Shown: piece by piece, positions 18,736 through 28,449 of the stretch
Layout of the letters: every line of letters starts with the position of its first letter
Position numbering within the stretch: the stretch's first letter is position 1
Assembly: GCA_041666545.1 (NCBI GenBank)
Contig: JBAYGS010000001.1
Location: 217,942-281,941, forward strand
Length of the DNA stretch: 64,000 nt
Direction of reading: 5' to 3'
Origin: Minisyncoccota bacterium
GTDB taxonomy: Bacteria; Patescibacteriota; Minisyncoccia; Phycocordibacterales; JBAYGS01
Made by a program: the position numbers and the translations under genes
Notes under the pieces: generated by a model
Told to the model about the DNA's origin: nothing
Seen by the model: only the letters and a program-made list of their open reading frames with translations
Databases searched by the model: none

Positions 18736-18768
18736 TATTCGTATGCCCTATTTGTAAGGGTTCTTAAC
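18736..18768 (-). repeat. 33-bp dispersed repeat, empty form
   Basis: tattcgtatgccctatttgtaagggttcttaac. Confidence 0.7.
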
Positions 18769-18836
18769 ATAAAAACCCCTCGCCTGCCGTAGCAGATGAG
18801 GGGTTGGGCCGGAACGCTTCGCGCTCCGGCAAATAA

Positions 18837-19871
18837 TTACTTCAAATAACTGGTGGGATCCTTGTAGTGGATCTTCACATTCTTCGGATTGCCGTAAACC
18901 GACCCATCGGGAAATTCGATCCCGATATGTTGGGCCGACTTCGCACCTTGACCAAGCAGGCCATGATCGAAACAGAACTCCGCCACGGTCTTGGCTGCCT
19001 TCTTAGCTTGCGGGCCGCTGGCAAAAGCCTGCGCATCCGCCGGCTTGTAGAACATGTAGGTCGTCTTCAACTGGGCCTTGAACTCGGCGACCGTACCACC
19101 GGCGAATTTCGCCATGGCCGCAATCGCTTCATCCGTTTTCTTGCCCTGGCCGGTCATGATCTCCATCGCCTCAAACCATGCTCCGACCAGTGCCCTTTTG
19201 ACACCTTCCGGAGCGTCGCGACGAACCACCATAAGATCCTGGATTTCGCCGGGAATCTTGGATGAGTCGAAGACCATCTTCGCGCCGGGCAAATTACGCA
19301 CCTGCATCAAGATCGGGTTCCAGGTGACGCAAGCGCCCTTGGGACCGGAACTGGCGAAGGTGGCACCGATGTTAGCATCCGAAGTGTTGACCTCGGTCAC
19401 ATCGCCGTCCTTCATTCCTTCGGCCTTGAGAGCTTGGGAGAGAAGATAGCTGGAAACCGAGTCCTTCACGATCATGAACTGTCGACCCTTCGCTTCGCGC
19501 AAAGATTTGGCATTCATGAGCACCACTCCGTCGTTGCCGTTCGAGTAGTCACCGACCACGAGGATGTCGGAATCGATACCGCCGGAGGCCGGCATATCGA
19601 GACAGTCCATGATGGTCATCGCGCAACCCACAGCCGAACCGGCGGTGTACTGGTTGATCGAGGTGACATAGTCATTGATGAGGACAATCTCGACTTTCAC
19701 GCCGTGCTTGTCCGCATGCTTTTTCATAATGCCGGAGTCGCTGATGTATTGCCACGGCTCCCAGCCGGTGTAATGGGACCAGAGATACCGATAGGTTTCG
19801 CCGGCCTGCACTGCAGTGGAAGCAACCAAACTGATGATGGTCAAAATAAGAAGGCTGAGGTATTTTTTCAT
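18837..19871 (-). CDS. ABC substrate-binding protein (NMT1/TauA-like; resembles urea-carboxylase-region SBPs)
   Basis: Signal peptide; WSHYTGWEPW, DYSNGNDG and DSSKIPGEI motifs. Confidence 0.88.
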   Translation of the reverse strand: MKKYLSLLILTIISLVASTAVQAGETYRYLWSHYTGWEPWQYISDSGIMKKHADKHGVKVEIVLINDYVTSINQYTAGSAVGCAMTIMDCLDMPASGGIDSDILVVGDYSNGNDGVVLMNAKSLREAKGRQFMIVKDSVSSYLLSQALKAEGMKDGDVTEVNTSDANIGATFASSGPKGACVTWNPILMQVRNLPGAKMVFDSSKIPGEIQDLMVVRRDAPEGVKRALVGAWFEAMEIMTGQGKKTDEAIAAMAKFAGGTVAEFKAQLKTTYMFYKPADAQAFASGPQAKKAAKTVAEFCFDHGLLGQGAKSAQHIGIEFPDGSVYGNPKNVKIHYKDPTSYLK

Positions 19872-19889
19872 GCTGACTTTTCCTTTCTT

Positions 19890-19970
19890 GCCCGAACAGG
19901 CGGAGCCTGTTTTAGGGCTTTCTGACTTCTCGTTTTTGTTTTACCCGAGCAATTCTTATTGCTTTAGGGT
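19890..19970 (-). promoter_or_regulatory. Two CC-TAAA...TC-GG hairpins in the leader of the SBP gene
   Basis: Minus strand: accctaaagcaataagaattgctcgggt and gccctaaaacaggctccgcctgttcgggc, followed by AAGAAAGG. Confidence 0.6.
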
Positions 19971-20035
19971 TTTGTTTTCTGACTGATGGCCCACGGCAAG
20001 ACCGTCCTGCCGTGGGCCGATTCCTTCCCAACCAA

Positions 20036-21271
20036 TTAGGCATTGAGAGGGGCACCGGAAGGCTCGAGCTCGAGGCTAATCGTCGAACGTTGCGCGTTGC
20101 CGCGTTCCATCCGACCAATCACCTTCTCTCCTTCGCCAGCCATCCGATCCATCTCCGCAATGTTTTGCGCCATTTGCGGCAAAGCTTCCTGCTTAAACCG
20201 AGAAATGTCGTCAACAGCAGACACCACGTCTGCGAAACACGTCTTCAGCTTATCAAGACTCAGAGATTGCCCGGAAGCCCGCTTGTTGACATCGGCCACA
20301 CCTGTTTTGACAAGTTGGCCCATTTGGACAAGCATTTCGTTGGCAGTCTCATCCATGGCTTCGAGACTCTTCAGAATCACACGCTGATCAGCAAGGGCGA
20401 TTGACGCCGCGGCACCAATCCTGAGAGCATTGACTGTCACCTCTTCACACCGGCGCACTCCGCGAATCAATTCGCGATTAGTACGACGGATAACTTCGAA
20501 GACGATCACGCCGTTCTGATTGATCAGTAGGTTTTGCTGAAGGTCCACGATCCGTTGGCGGAGAGGGAACAAGACTTCTTCGTTAAGAAATTTGCACTTC
20601 TCGCTTTCCGGATCAATGCTGGCAATTTTCTCTGCAAGCTTATCGTCGAGACGTCTCGCAACCTGAACCGTCTTCTGCAGACGCAAGATCAGGCTGCGCA
20701 TTTCCGCTTGATCCTCACTCAGAAAATCGTTGTCCCTCTGCAATTGGGCTGCCCCTTCTCGCATTTGGAAAACGATCGCCTCGATTACGCCACTGGCCGA
20801 TTGGTACTTGGTAAAGTACCGGTTGGCCGTAATCCCCACAAACGGAATGTACGACAACACTCGTCCAAAGGCACCGGGTGCCAAGATGTTGTAGCGAGCA
20901 GGATTGATATGATCAACCTGCACTTTGAGATCAATCAGCGATTTCGCCACCGGCCGACCTTCGGTTGTGGTTGCCAATTTCCCAACTTGTCGATTAAGGA
21001 GGCCGCTTTTGGCGAGCAATCCTTTGACGAGCGGGGCGCCGATTGATTCAACAGCTGCCTCCATCTGGACTCTTTGGCTGGGCTGATTCAGATCACAACC
21101 AAGAATCTTGTCGAGCACTTCTTGAGCGGTTTGATCCACCTGAAGATCGACTTTTTTCTTGCTGTCCAAATCATCCGCGCTCAAAAAACCCAAATCCCTT
21201 CTGACCTGATCAGGTTTTGCAACCTGTAAAGGCGCCACTGGCGCCGCTGACACGAGAACTTGTTCTGACAT
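20036..21271 (-). CDS. Toxic anion resistance protein (TelA/KlaA family)
   Basis: YFTKYQSA..I, LQRDN, LRQRIVDLQQ and IRRTNRELI motifs; coiled-coil. Confidence 0.88.
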   Translation of the reverse strand: MSEQVLVSAAPVAPLQVAKPDQVRRDLGFLSADDLDSKKKVDLQVDQTAQEVLDKILGCDLNQPSQRVQMEAAVESIGAPLVKGLLAKSGLLNRQVGKLATTTEGRPVAKSLIDLKVQVDHINPARYNILAPGAFGRVLSYIPFVGITANRYFTKYQSASGVIEAIVFQMREGAAQLQRDNDFLSEDQAEMRSLILRLQKTVQVARRLDDKLAEKIASIDPESEKCKFLNEEVLFPLRQRIVDLQQNLLINQNGVIVFEVIRRTNRELIRGVRRCEEVTVNALRIGAAASIALADQRVILKSLEAMDETANEMLVQMGQLVKTGVADVNKRASGQSLSLDKLKTCFADVVSAVDDISRFKQEALPQMAQNIAEMDRMAGEGEKVIGRMERGNAQRSTISLELEPSGAPLNA

Positions 21272-21303
21272 ATGTTATCTCTTCCTTTCTTCTGTTCTGC
21301 TGT

Positions 21304-22161
21304 TTAGGTTTGCTTTTCCACTGGCAAATCGAGAGGATTAACCTTCGATCTGTTATTGACTCGATTAATCAGACCGACCAATTCACTCATGGCACCTTCC
21401 AACTCGCCATTGCCTTGACCTTTGATTTTGAGCGCAGCGGAGCCGGCCTGATCGATAGCTGTGAGCACTTCTTCGTTTCGAGCCAAAAGCTCGGCGACCT
21501 CAGCTTGGCTGTCGTCGTAAAGCTTGGCTCGCTCCTCCAAAGTTTTCACAGTTCGCTCGTCAGCCGAAGTGCGTATCAACTTTCTTTTCAACAAGTCGAG
21601 CTTCCTCGAAATATCACCGCGATTGATATCGCTGATGTTAGTGAGAATGTTCGCAACTCGCTCCAAATTACTGACGGCAGAAGCGTAAACCACTTCTGCC
21701 GAACCCAGAAATCTGGTAAAAGACAGCTCGCCTTCGTTGAGAACTCGGGAAAGAACAGTTCGCAGATTTTCAAACTTGTCTGCCAACTGCCCGACCTGTT
21801 CTCGACCTTGATTGCAACCAAGTTTTTTCAAGTCAGTCGCAACCGTCTCCAACTTTTGCTCTTTCATGACTTCAAATCGATCGTGAAGCTCCGCGTAATA
21901 CCTTTGCAGGCACGCGTCGCGTCCACCGAAAAATTTGATGGCCCAATTGGCGGCACCGACGAAGGTGCAACCGGCGGCAATCCCAAGCGCTGCCGGGACT
22001 GTCACCATGCCAAAAAGTCCCAAACCAAATCCTGCCGCCACGCCTAGGGCCGGGGGCCAAAGGGTAAGCGGATGCTGAATCGTATCTGACAAAGCCGCCC
22101 TGCGAGCGGCCGTTTCGCTGTAATCCAGCTCAACTGACGCGCCTTTCGGGTTTTCGTTCAT
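21304..22161 (-). CDS. Two-TM plus coiled-coil protein, probable XpaC-like partner of TelA
   Basis: Two N-terminal TM helices and a helical C-terminus; lies immediately upstream of the TelA-like gene. Confidence 0.6.
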   Translation of the reverse strand: MNENPKGASVELDYSETAARRAALSDTIQHPLTLWPPALGVAAGFGLGLFGMVTVPAALGIAAGCTFVGAANWAIKFFGGRDACLQRYYAELHDRFEVMKEQKLETVATDLKKLGCNQGREQVGQLADKFENLRTVLSRVLNEGELSFTRFLGSAEVVYASAVSNLERVANILTNISDINRGDISRKLDLLKRKLIRTSADERTVKTLEERAKLYDDSQAEVAELLARNEEVLTAIDQAGSAALKIKGQGNGELEGAMSELVGLINRVNNRSKVNPLDLPVEKQT

Positions 22162-22207
22162 TTTCAGCCTTTCTATATATTTTTAGTTATTTGAAGTTTT
22201 CAACGAA

Positions 22208-22251
22208 CACAAATCTGTTTCCCACTATACACAAAGTATAGTTTTTGTCAA
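22208..22251 (-). promoter_or_regulatory. Sigma70-type promoter sharing 26 bp with the promoter at 25821
   Basis: TTGACA...TATAGT; cacaaatctgtttcccactatacaca is identical at 22208 and 25821. Confidence 0.7.
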
Positions 22252-22294
22252 GCATTTAGGCCAAACTTGGCGTGGTCTCGGATATTAAAAAACA

Positions 22295-22347
22295 GTTAAT
22301 AACCGTTACGAATACGCCTGCCTGCCGGTAGGCAGGGCACATGAATA
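22295..22347 (+). repeat. 33-bp repeat containing a 20-bp palindrome insertion
   Basis: gttaataaccgttacgaatacg-cctgcctgccggtaggcagg-gcacatgaata. Confidence 0.7.
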
Positions 22348-22389
22348 TATAAAAAACCGTCTCCCTCTTCGGAGAGACGGTTGCTTCGA

Positions 22390-24033
22390 TCAGACACCGA
22401 TCTGATGAAGCTTTTGCACATTGGCAATCTGGTCCATGAAGTCGTGCGTGAACTCCCGCAATGCATCTCCATGGTCCATGCCAAACTCCTGCCGTGCGAT
22501 ATTGTCGACGGCTCCGACCAGATCCGCATCGGTCAAACCTTCGGTCGGCTCCGGCTTCAAGAGTTCCCGCTCCAAAGCCAGACGCTTGGCATCGGCGACA
22601 ATCGCCGGAATCATAGACCCACTCACAATATGGGCCAAGGTGAAGTCAACAGTCGTACCGTCAGCCTTCTTGATTTCGTAGATTCTCCGCTCCGGAGAAA
22701 AAACCGAAATCGCGCCGACTTCGGCCAACAATTCAGCCGAGGTAGTGGAGGAAATCGCCACACCCTTAAAGTTCTTGAGAAAGATTTCCCGAACCGCTAC
22801 CTTCGTGGGCCGTTTGATTTCGATTTTCACATCGATTCGACCGGGCCGAATTGCCGCACTATCCAAACTCTCCGGCTTGTTGGTCGCCAGAATCACAATC
22901 GCGCCCGATTCCCGCACGCCTTGCATCTGCGCCAGAAAGGCCGGCACAATCGTCTTCAAGACATCACTCGAAATCCCCGAATCGCGTTTGGCCAAAATCG
23001 CTTCAGCCTCGTCGATGAAGATAACCGCCATGATGCCGGTCCGACGATAGAACTCGCGGGCTCGCGCAAAGATGTGGCGGATGGTCGCTTCCGGCACGCC
23101 GACATACTTGTCGAGCAACTCCGGACCAGAAACCAGGATGAAGCCGCCTTTGGGACTCACACCTTTCTCTTCGCAACGTTTGACCAAGGAAGTGTAGACC
23201 GCCTTGGCAAACATTGTCTTGCTACAACCCGGAGGGCCGTAGAGCAGAAAGCCGGCCGCCGGCTTCTTGCCAAAGAATTTGTAATGCTTTGGAAAGCGCA
23301 TCGGCCTCTCCATCGAGTCCAAGAACAACGCCTTGGCCGCTTCTTGGCCACAAATGTCGTCCCAAGTGATGCCGGTCGCCTGATCGAGCTCAAACGAGTC
23401 GTCTTCGAGACCGTAATTTTCGAGCACGATCGCGAGGGCCGAGTCGAGTACGACTCGGCCATTCGGAACCAGTTTGCCAGCAAACTTACCGGCAAAAACT
23501 GTCCGGCGTCCACCCGAAACATCTACCACCGCCAATTCCTTGTCGATAATCTGGGAGACGAAAGCGATGCTACCGGTCGGAACTGCGGGCTCCACACCAA
23601 CGGCGCGGAGAGTTTCGCGTTCCAGCTTGACCACATCACCCGGTTCGATGTTGAGACCGTCGATCGGCACCTCAATCATCTGACCCGAGTAATTCACGGT
23701 CGCAAACCGCTCTTTTTCGCCTTCGGCGAGTTCCAGATCGCAAGCGCCACCCTGCACACCGAACATACCGATGCGATAACGATTTTTGGCACCGTCAGGA
23801 AAGCTGACCCACGACCAGCCCTCTTCCCTCGGGTCTGGCGCAAAAATCCGGCCAACCCCTTTCGGGGCTGAAGCGGCAAACTTACTGCCGGGATTAACCG
23901 TGACCAGAGTCCCAGTTTTCCGGAGCATGCTCGGAGTCGGTTTCGGCATCCGAGAACTCACTTTGAGAACTGTCGCCTGAACCAGAGGGTAACGAATTGG
24001 ATTTTGTTCCAAGTCTTGATTGAAGTCTGTCAT
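22390..24033 (-). CDS. ARC/Mpa-like (proteasome-type) AAA+ ATPase
   Basis: OB-like beta-rich region; GPPGCSKT, GPELLDKYVG, IFIDEAE, RDSGISSDV..TIVP and AAIRPGRID motifs. Confidence 0.85.
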   Translation of the reverse strand: MTDFNQDLEQNPIRYPLVQATVLKVSSRMPKPTPSMLRKTGTLVTVNPGSKFAASAPKGVGRIFAPDPREEGWSWVSFPDGAKNRYRIGMFGVQGGACDLELAEGEKERFATVNYSGQMIEVPIDGLNIEPGDVVKLERETLRAVGVEPAVPTGSIAFVSQIIDKELAVVDVSGGRRTVFAGKFAGKLVPNGRVVLDSALAIVLENYGLEDDSFELDQATGITWDDICGQEAAKALFLDSMERPMRFPKHYKFFGKKPAAGFLLYGPPGCSKTMFAKAVYTSLVKRCEEKGVSPKGGFILVSGPELLDKYVGVPEATIRHIFARAREFYRRTGIMAVIFIDEAEAILAKRDSGISSDVLKTIVPAFLAQMQGVRESGAIVILATNKPESLDSAAIRPGRIDVKIEIKRPTKVAVREIFLKNFKGVAISSTTSAELLAEVGAISVFSPERRIYEIKKADGTTVDFTLAHIVSGSMIPAIVADAKRLALERELLKPEPTEGLTDADLVGAVDNIARQEFGMDHGDALREFTHDFMDQIANVQKLHQIGV

Positions 24034-24215
24034 ATCATTTCCTTTTTTTGAGTTTTTCCAAATAACAATCTGAAATATGTTTAGCATAAAACAATGATTT
24101 TGTCAAACAAAAAACCGGTAGTGCCTCCCAGTCTTATGCATCGCCCGGACCCGCCGGACGAAATAAGATGGAAGACACCACCGGTAAACTCAGCCGACTA
24201 ATCGGCCCAAACCAG

Positions 24216-25790
24216 TCAGTAGGATTCGGCCATGAGCGTAATCTCCACTCGTGGCAGACGATACCCATACGCCCGATCAGATTCGCCCGGGGCCCGAGGC
24301 AAGGGTTTCTTGCCACCGAAGCCTTCGGTCCGCATTCGGTTTTCGTCAATCGAATAGGTAATCGAGAGATACCTCGAAACCGATTCGGCCCGCTGTTCCG
24401 AGAGGGTGGCATTGGCAGTCTGGTCACCATCAAGCGAGGTGTGTCCGCCGATAAGAATCCGAAAAGTCGGATAGTGCTTCAGCCTTTCGACCGCCGCGTC
24501 CAACTTTTCTTTCTCGGAAACTCCTAACTCAGAAGAGCCGGTCTGAAAGATAATCGGGTCAACCCGAATACTTCCGACTGATCGAAGCTTGCTCCACTGC
24601 GCCGGAGTCAAAACCTTGAACGACCGCGCCAGCGCCGCCGTCGGATCGAGAGCTTTGACTCCCCCATCGAGACTTGCGAAACCGGTCCGCAAACCATTTT
24701 GGTAAATCGCCGTAATGAAGGTGCTGTTGATAATCCGATAAGGATCTTTGTCCGGTAAGGGACTCTCCTTGAAGTCGCCGGCCTCCAAAAGAATGGAGAC
24801 TGTCGAACCAATCGTATCAACCAAGCCTTGCTCAGCAATCTGCCCAGGACCGCTCACTCCAAACCACTCTTGGCAATTCTCGCTAAGATTTACAAAGCGT
24901 ACGCCATCGAGCATGGTCTGGATTGCCTCCTTGGGCACCTTGAGTTCGTCGTGAATGTCCTTCTTAAACTCTTCGGGGTTGTCGGCATAAAACTTCAACA
25001 CTCGGAAGTAGGTTTTGAGGAACAGGTCAACCCGCTCCGGATACTTGGTGGCAAACTCGCGGTTCACTACCAAAATATCGACTACGGCCCGGCTGATGCT
25101 TTCCGTCCCGATAATCTTGCCAACGCCCGGAATCTGCAGAGCCTTGGAGACATTCGGCTCCCAGAGTATTGCCATCGAAACTTTTTTGCTCTGCAACAGG
25201 CGCAAGGCTTCTTGAGAATCTTTGGTCTCGAAACGATGTTCGCGATCAAGATTTTTCAGAGCCGGCACATTGAAGTGCGAAGCGACCGTTTTTAGCAATT
25301 GATGACTCGGCGAACCTTGCGTGTAAGCAATCCGTGGCGAGACCCCACTTTTCAGCGAGTCGAGGTTTTGCACCAAATTGGTGTAGGCCACGATTGCGTC
25401 ATCGCCTTTGGATTCGTCGATGACCATGATAATCGTCGCCGGAAAATCGTGGGCGGCGGCGTTCAGGATTTCGGAGTCGACTGTCATCACCGCAAAGTCC
25501 AATTTGCCATCGCGCAGATTTTTATTCCGCGCTTGGTAATCGGCTCCGTCGTTCTGACACTCGAGCAAATAGCCCTCGTTGCGAAGGAACTTTTTCATCC
25601 GTCCGGAACTGACCGGGAAATACCCGATCCAATCGTCGTAGGCCAAAGTAATCTTGGCTTTGACATCTTTGGCGTCACTCGTTTTCTTCTGCAAATGGCT
25701 TTTGACCATGAGCAGAATTTTGAACGCGCCGAAGATGCCCAACATCACCACGACCATAACGATAAACGGGGCGAAGCTACTTTTTTTCAT
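24216..25790 (-). CDS. Membrane-anchored ABC SBP (NMT1-like) fused to an OmpA-like C-terminal domain
   Basis: N-terminal TM; DWIGY and DESKGDDAIV motifs; FQTGSS..GHT..LSEQRAESV..GFG..RVE. Confidence 0.85.
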   Translation of the reverse strand: MKKSSFAPFIVMVVVMLGIFGAFKILLMVKSHLQKKTSDAKDVKAKITLAYDDWIGYFPVSSGRMKKFLRNEGYLLECQNDGADYQARNKNLRDGKLDFAVMTVDSEILNAAAHDFPATIIMVIDESKGDDAIVAYTNLVQNLDSLKSGVSPRIAYTQGSPSHQLLKTVASHFNVPALKNLDREHRFETKDSQEALRLLQSKKVSMAILWEPNVSKALQIPGVGKIIGTESISRAVVDILVVNREFATKYPERVDLFLKTYFRVLKFYADNPEEFKKDIHDELKVPKEAIQTMLDGVRFVNLSENCQEWFGVSGPGQIAEQGLVDTIGSTVSILLEAGDFKESPLPDKDPYRIINSTFITAIYQNGLRTGFASLDGGVKALDPTAALARSFKVLTPAQWSKLRSVGSIRVDPIIFQTGSSELGVSEKEKLDAAVERLKHYPTFRILIGGHTSLDGDQTANATLSEQRAESVSRYLSITYSIDENRMRTEGFGGKKPLPRAPGESDRAYGYRLPRVEITLMAESY

Positions 25791-25886
25791 TTTTATCCTT
25801 TTTGATTGGTTTTAAAGGTTCACAAATCTGTTTCCCACTATACACATAAAATTTGTTTTGTCAACATAAATTCTGGATGGCTTTCT

Positions 25887-25939
25887 TATTCGCATGCCCT
25901 GCCTGCCGGCAGGCAGGCCTATTCGTAAGGGTTCTTAAC
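25887..25939 (-). repeat. 33-bp repeat containing a 20-bp palindrome insertion
   Basis: tattcgcatgc-cctgcctgccggcaggcagg-cctattcgtaagggttcttaac. Confidence 0.75.
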
Positions 25940-25987
25940 AAAAAAGCCCCACACATGCATGCACGTGTGGGGCGACTGACATTGCAA

Positions 25988-26713
25988 CTAGAACTTGTCG
26001 GACTCGGCCAACACCTCCGCCAAACCCTTTTCAAGGTCCGCCGGATTGTTGGCTTCCTTGTAAACCGTTCGTCCCGGTTGATTGAGCGAGTGCCGGCTAC
26101 CAATGTGGAAGCCAATGGTGTGAATCACTACGGGTGAATCCCGCAAGATGATGTTCACATCATTTCCCGGATCAAAGCCTGCGTTGGCTTCCCCGTCGGT
26201 CACAATGACCAAGTGGTACTCGCCATAGCCAAGTTGCCGAACCGCTTGCTTGCGCAGTTGTTCGTAGCCGAGGCGAACCGCACTCGAGAGCGGAGTCGCA
26301 CCGCCGGCACCAGCTGACTGTACAGTTTGGTAGAACTGCTTGCGATTGTTAACCCCCAGGGGCACTCTTTCGGAGGGTCCGTTCGAGTCGAAGATGGCCA
26401 AACCAAGAGAAGTCTCGGCCGGGATTTTCCGACCAAAGGCTTCAATTGCCCGCTTGGCCGTCACAATCTTCGGCTCGCCGTTCTTGGCATCCGCCATACT
26501 GCCGGAGCAATCAAAGACGAGGTAGATGTTTCGTCGCATCAAATCGGCGTCGAGCACCACGCCCTTGGTCTCCACTCCCTTGATCCAGACATCTCCGAGA
26601 CGACTGGGATTGGGCGGAGCGGCCGTGGCCTGACTCGGCGGTTGATCGCCACAGCCCGAGATGATGAACACCCCGAGGAACAGTAAACCGAAGCGCTTGA
26701 TGAGCTTATTCAT
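25988..26713 (-). CDS. vWA-domain lipoprotein
   Basis: Lipobox ISGC; MIDAS residues DCSGSM, GATPL and VTDG. Confidence 0.9.
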   Translation of the reverse strand: MNKLIKRFGLLFLGVFIISGCGDQPPSQATAAPPNPSRLGDVWIKGVETKGVVLDADLMRRNIYLVFDCSGSMADAKNGEPKIVTAKRAIEAFGRKIPAETSLGLAIFDSNGPSERVPLGVNNRKQFYQTVQSAGAGGATPLSSAVRLGYEQLRKQAVRQLGYGEYHLVIVTDGEANAGFDPGNDVNIILRDSPVVIHTIGFHIGSRHSLNQPGRTVYKEANNPADLEKGLAEVLAESDKF

Positions 26714-28449
26714 TTCGCACCTCCCGCCGGCGCGAAGACCTGCATTTCAGTGTCACCAACAGGGATGAGATTGAACACCACCCGCATGTTGGAAGCCCAC
26801 TCTTGTTGAGTCTTGGGACGGATTGGTTCGCCATTCGCAATGCCGGTCTTGGGTTGTTCAAACCCGTGACCAACCACCGCATATTGCGACGGGTCCATCA
26901 CCACACCCTTCGACTTGGCGTAGTTGAGCAAGCTTTCCCGAACCGCGATTGCCCGCGTCAAGGAAAGATTCTTGGCCGACTGCCGCAAACGCGACAGAAC
27001 CAACTCCGGCGCATTCGCCAATTTCTTGTCGATATACTGCGTCGGGTCGGCATGACCCTCAACCGTGAGAATCGCACCGCCGTAGGTAGCTGCCAATTCA
27101 ATCGCCTTGTCATAATCAGCCTTGTACAGTTCAGCGTTGAAGCTGTTCTGGTTCGGGCTGAAGTAGATTTCGAGTGAAAGAATCGAGCCGTTGGCCAGGG
27201 GTCCTTGCTTCGTCCTTTGGTCAATAACTTTGGCAACTTCGCTCACTTGAAACCGAGGAGTTTCGCTCGCCACGGTTTGAGTCAGACCCCTTTTCAGAGC
27301 TTCGTAATCAAACCCGGCATGGGATAGACCGACCTTGCTGGTCAGAAGACCCATCGCGAGAAATGCATCCTGCATCTCCTTCGTCAAGGTCTCAAACTTA
27401 CGAACTTCCGTCGGTGTCGCAAAGAACTTCACGTTCCCCACATAGCCGACAAACTCACAATCGCCGTAAAGTCCCTTGGCATCAGCAACCGCCTGCTCGC
27501 TGTCGAGTAAGATTTTCGCCGAAGCCGTCATCAACTTGTCATACTCGGCCTTGCGATTGGCACTACCGATTACGAGCTGACTGAGACTTTCCTGAGCCGA
27601 CAGAAGTGCATGGACGAACTTTCCAACCTCCGCTTTATGAGCCTCGAAGTAATCGCTTCTCACTCCGTAAACATCGGGAATGATTCGGCTGGCAAGGGTG
27701 CGGAGAAGGATTTTCGCCCCCTTCACCGACCCTTCAGAGCCGGTGCCGACGGTGCCGTTTGAAGTCAAAGCCGCCGCATCGGGCGAGATGACAAAACAAG
27801 CGTCCACAGAGGGATCCTTCTTGAAGGCCTCGCTAGGAGCTTCCGCCGTACCCGTCAAGTCTTTCACCCAGCGGATTTTGACGTCGCTCATCTGGAGGCC
27901 GGCACTCTTGAGGACCGTGGCAAGATATTCAACATGCGGGCTGTAGGCCTGCAAGCAGACGGTCTTGCCTTTCAAATCCTTGATTGTATTGATGCCGGAT
28001 TTAACCACCAAGCAGTCGCCACCAGATGACCAGGTCATCTGGTAGATGACAACCAATTTGGTGCGCGGGTCCTTCGCTGTCAATTCGGAAGCCTGATTCA
28101 TCATTCCTGCTGTGCCCCGCAGATACGGAGTCACGCCGGAAATATAATGCTCCAACTGCTTGGCGAAAACATCCTCGCGAACCAACTTGAACTTCAAACC
28201 GGCTTGGGCGAAGATACTGCCTGGCGCCGTATTCACGCCACCGCCATTCGCATGGATGGTGGCGATGTCGCCACCCCAGGTGATAATCGGAAGCTCCATC
28301 ACGGAACCTTCCTGAACCGGGCCAACCTTCGTCTTGACCACCTCGGTAAGAGGCGGCGAAGCGATGTACTGGGCCGCGGGGAGACTTAGACTGAACGCCG
28401 CCAAAAGGCCCACAAAAACTGCGAGCAACTTTATCTTGTATTTTTTCAT
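26710..28449 (-). CDS. Secreted ABC SBP (NMT1-like) fused to an OmpA-like domain
   Basis: Signal peptide; TWSSGGDCLV motif; EGHAD..LSLTRAIAV..GHG..NMRV. Confidence 0.85.
   Translation of the reverse strand: MKKYKIKLLAVFVGLLAAFSLSLPAAQYIASPPLTEVVKTKVGPVQEGSVMELPIITWGGDIATIHANGGGVNTAPGSIFAQAGLKFKLVREDVFAKQLEHYISGVTPYLRGTAGMMNQASELTAKDPRTKLVVIYQMTWSSGGDCLVVKSGINTIKDLKGKTVCLQAYSPHVEYLATVLKSAGLQMSDVKIRWVKDLTGTAEAPSEAFKKDPSVDACFVISPDAAALTSNGTVGTGSEGSVKGAKILLRTLASRIIPDVYGVRSDYFEAHKAEVGKFVHALLSAQESLSQLVIGSANRKAEYDKLMTASAKILLDSEQAVADAKGLYGDCEFVGYVGNVKFFATPTEVRKFETLTKEMQDAFLAMGLLTSKVGLSHAGFDYEALKRGLTQTVASETPRFQVSEVAKVIDQRTKQGPLANGSILSLEIYFSPNQNSFNAELYKADYDKAIELAATYGGAILTVEGHADPTQYIDKKLANAPELVLSRLRQSAKNLSLTRAIAVRESLLNYAKSKGVVMDPSQYAVVGHGFEQPKTGIANGEPIRPKTQQEWASNMRVVFNLIPVGDTEMQVFAPAGGAK

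Noticed and set aside
22381-23871. 496-aa plus-strand ORF (and similar ones at 21217-22047 and 38319-39080)
   Set aside because: These are antisense shadows of well-supported minus-strand genes and carry no motifs.
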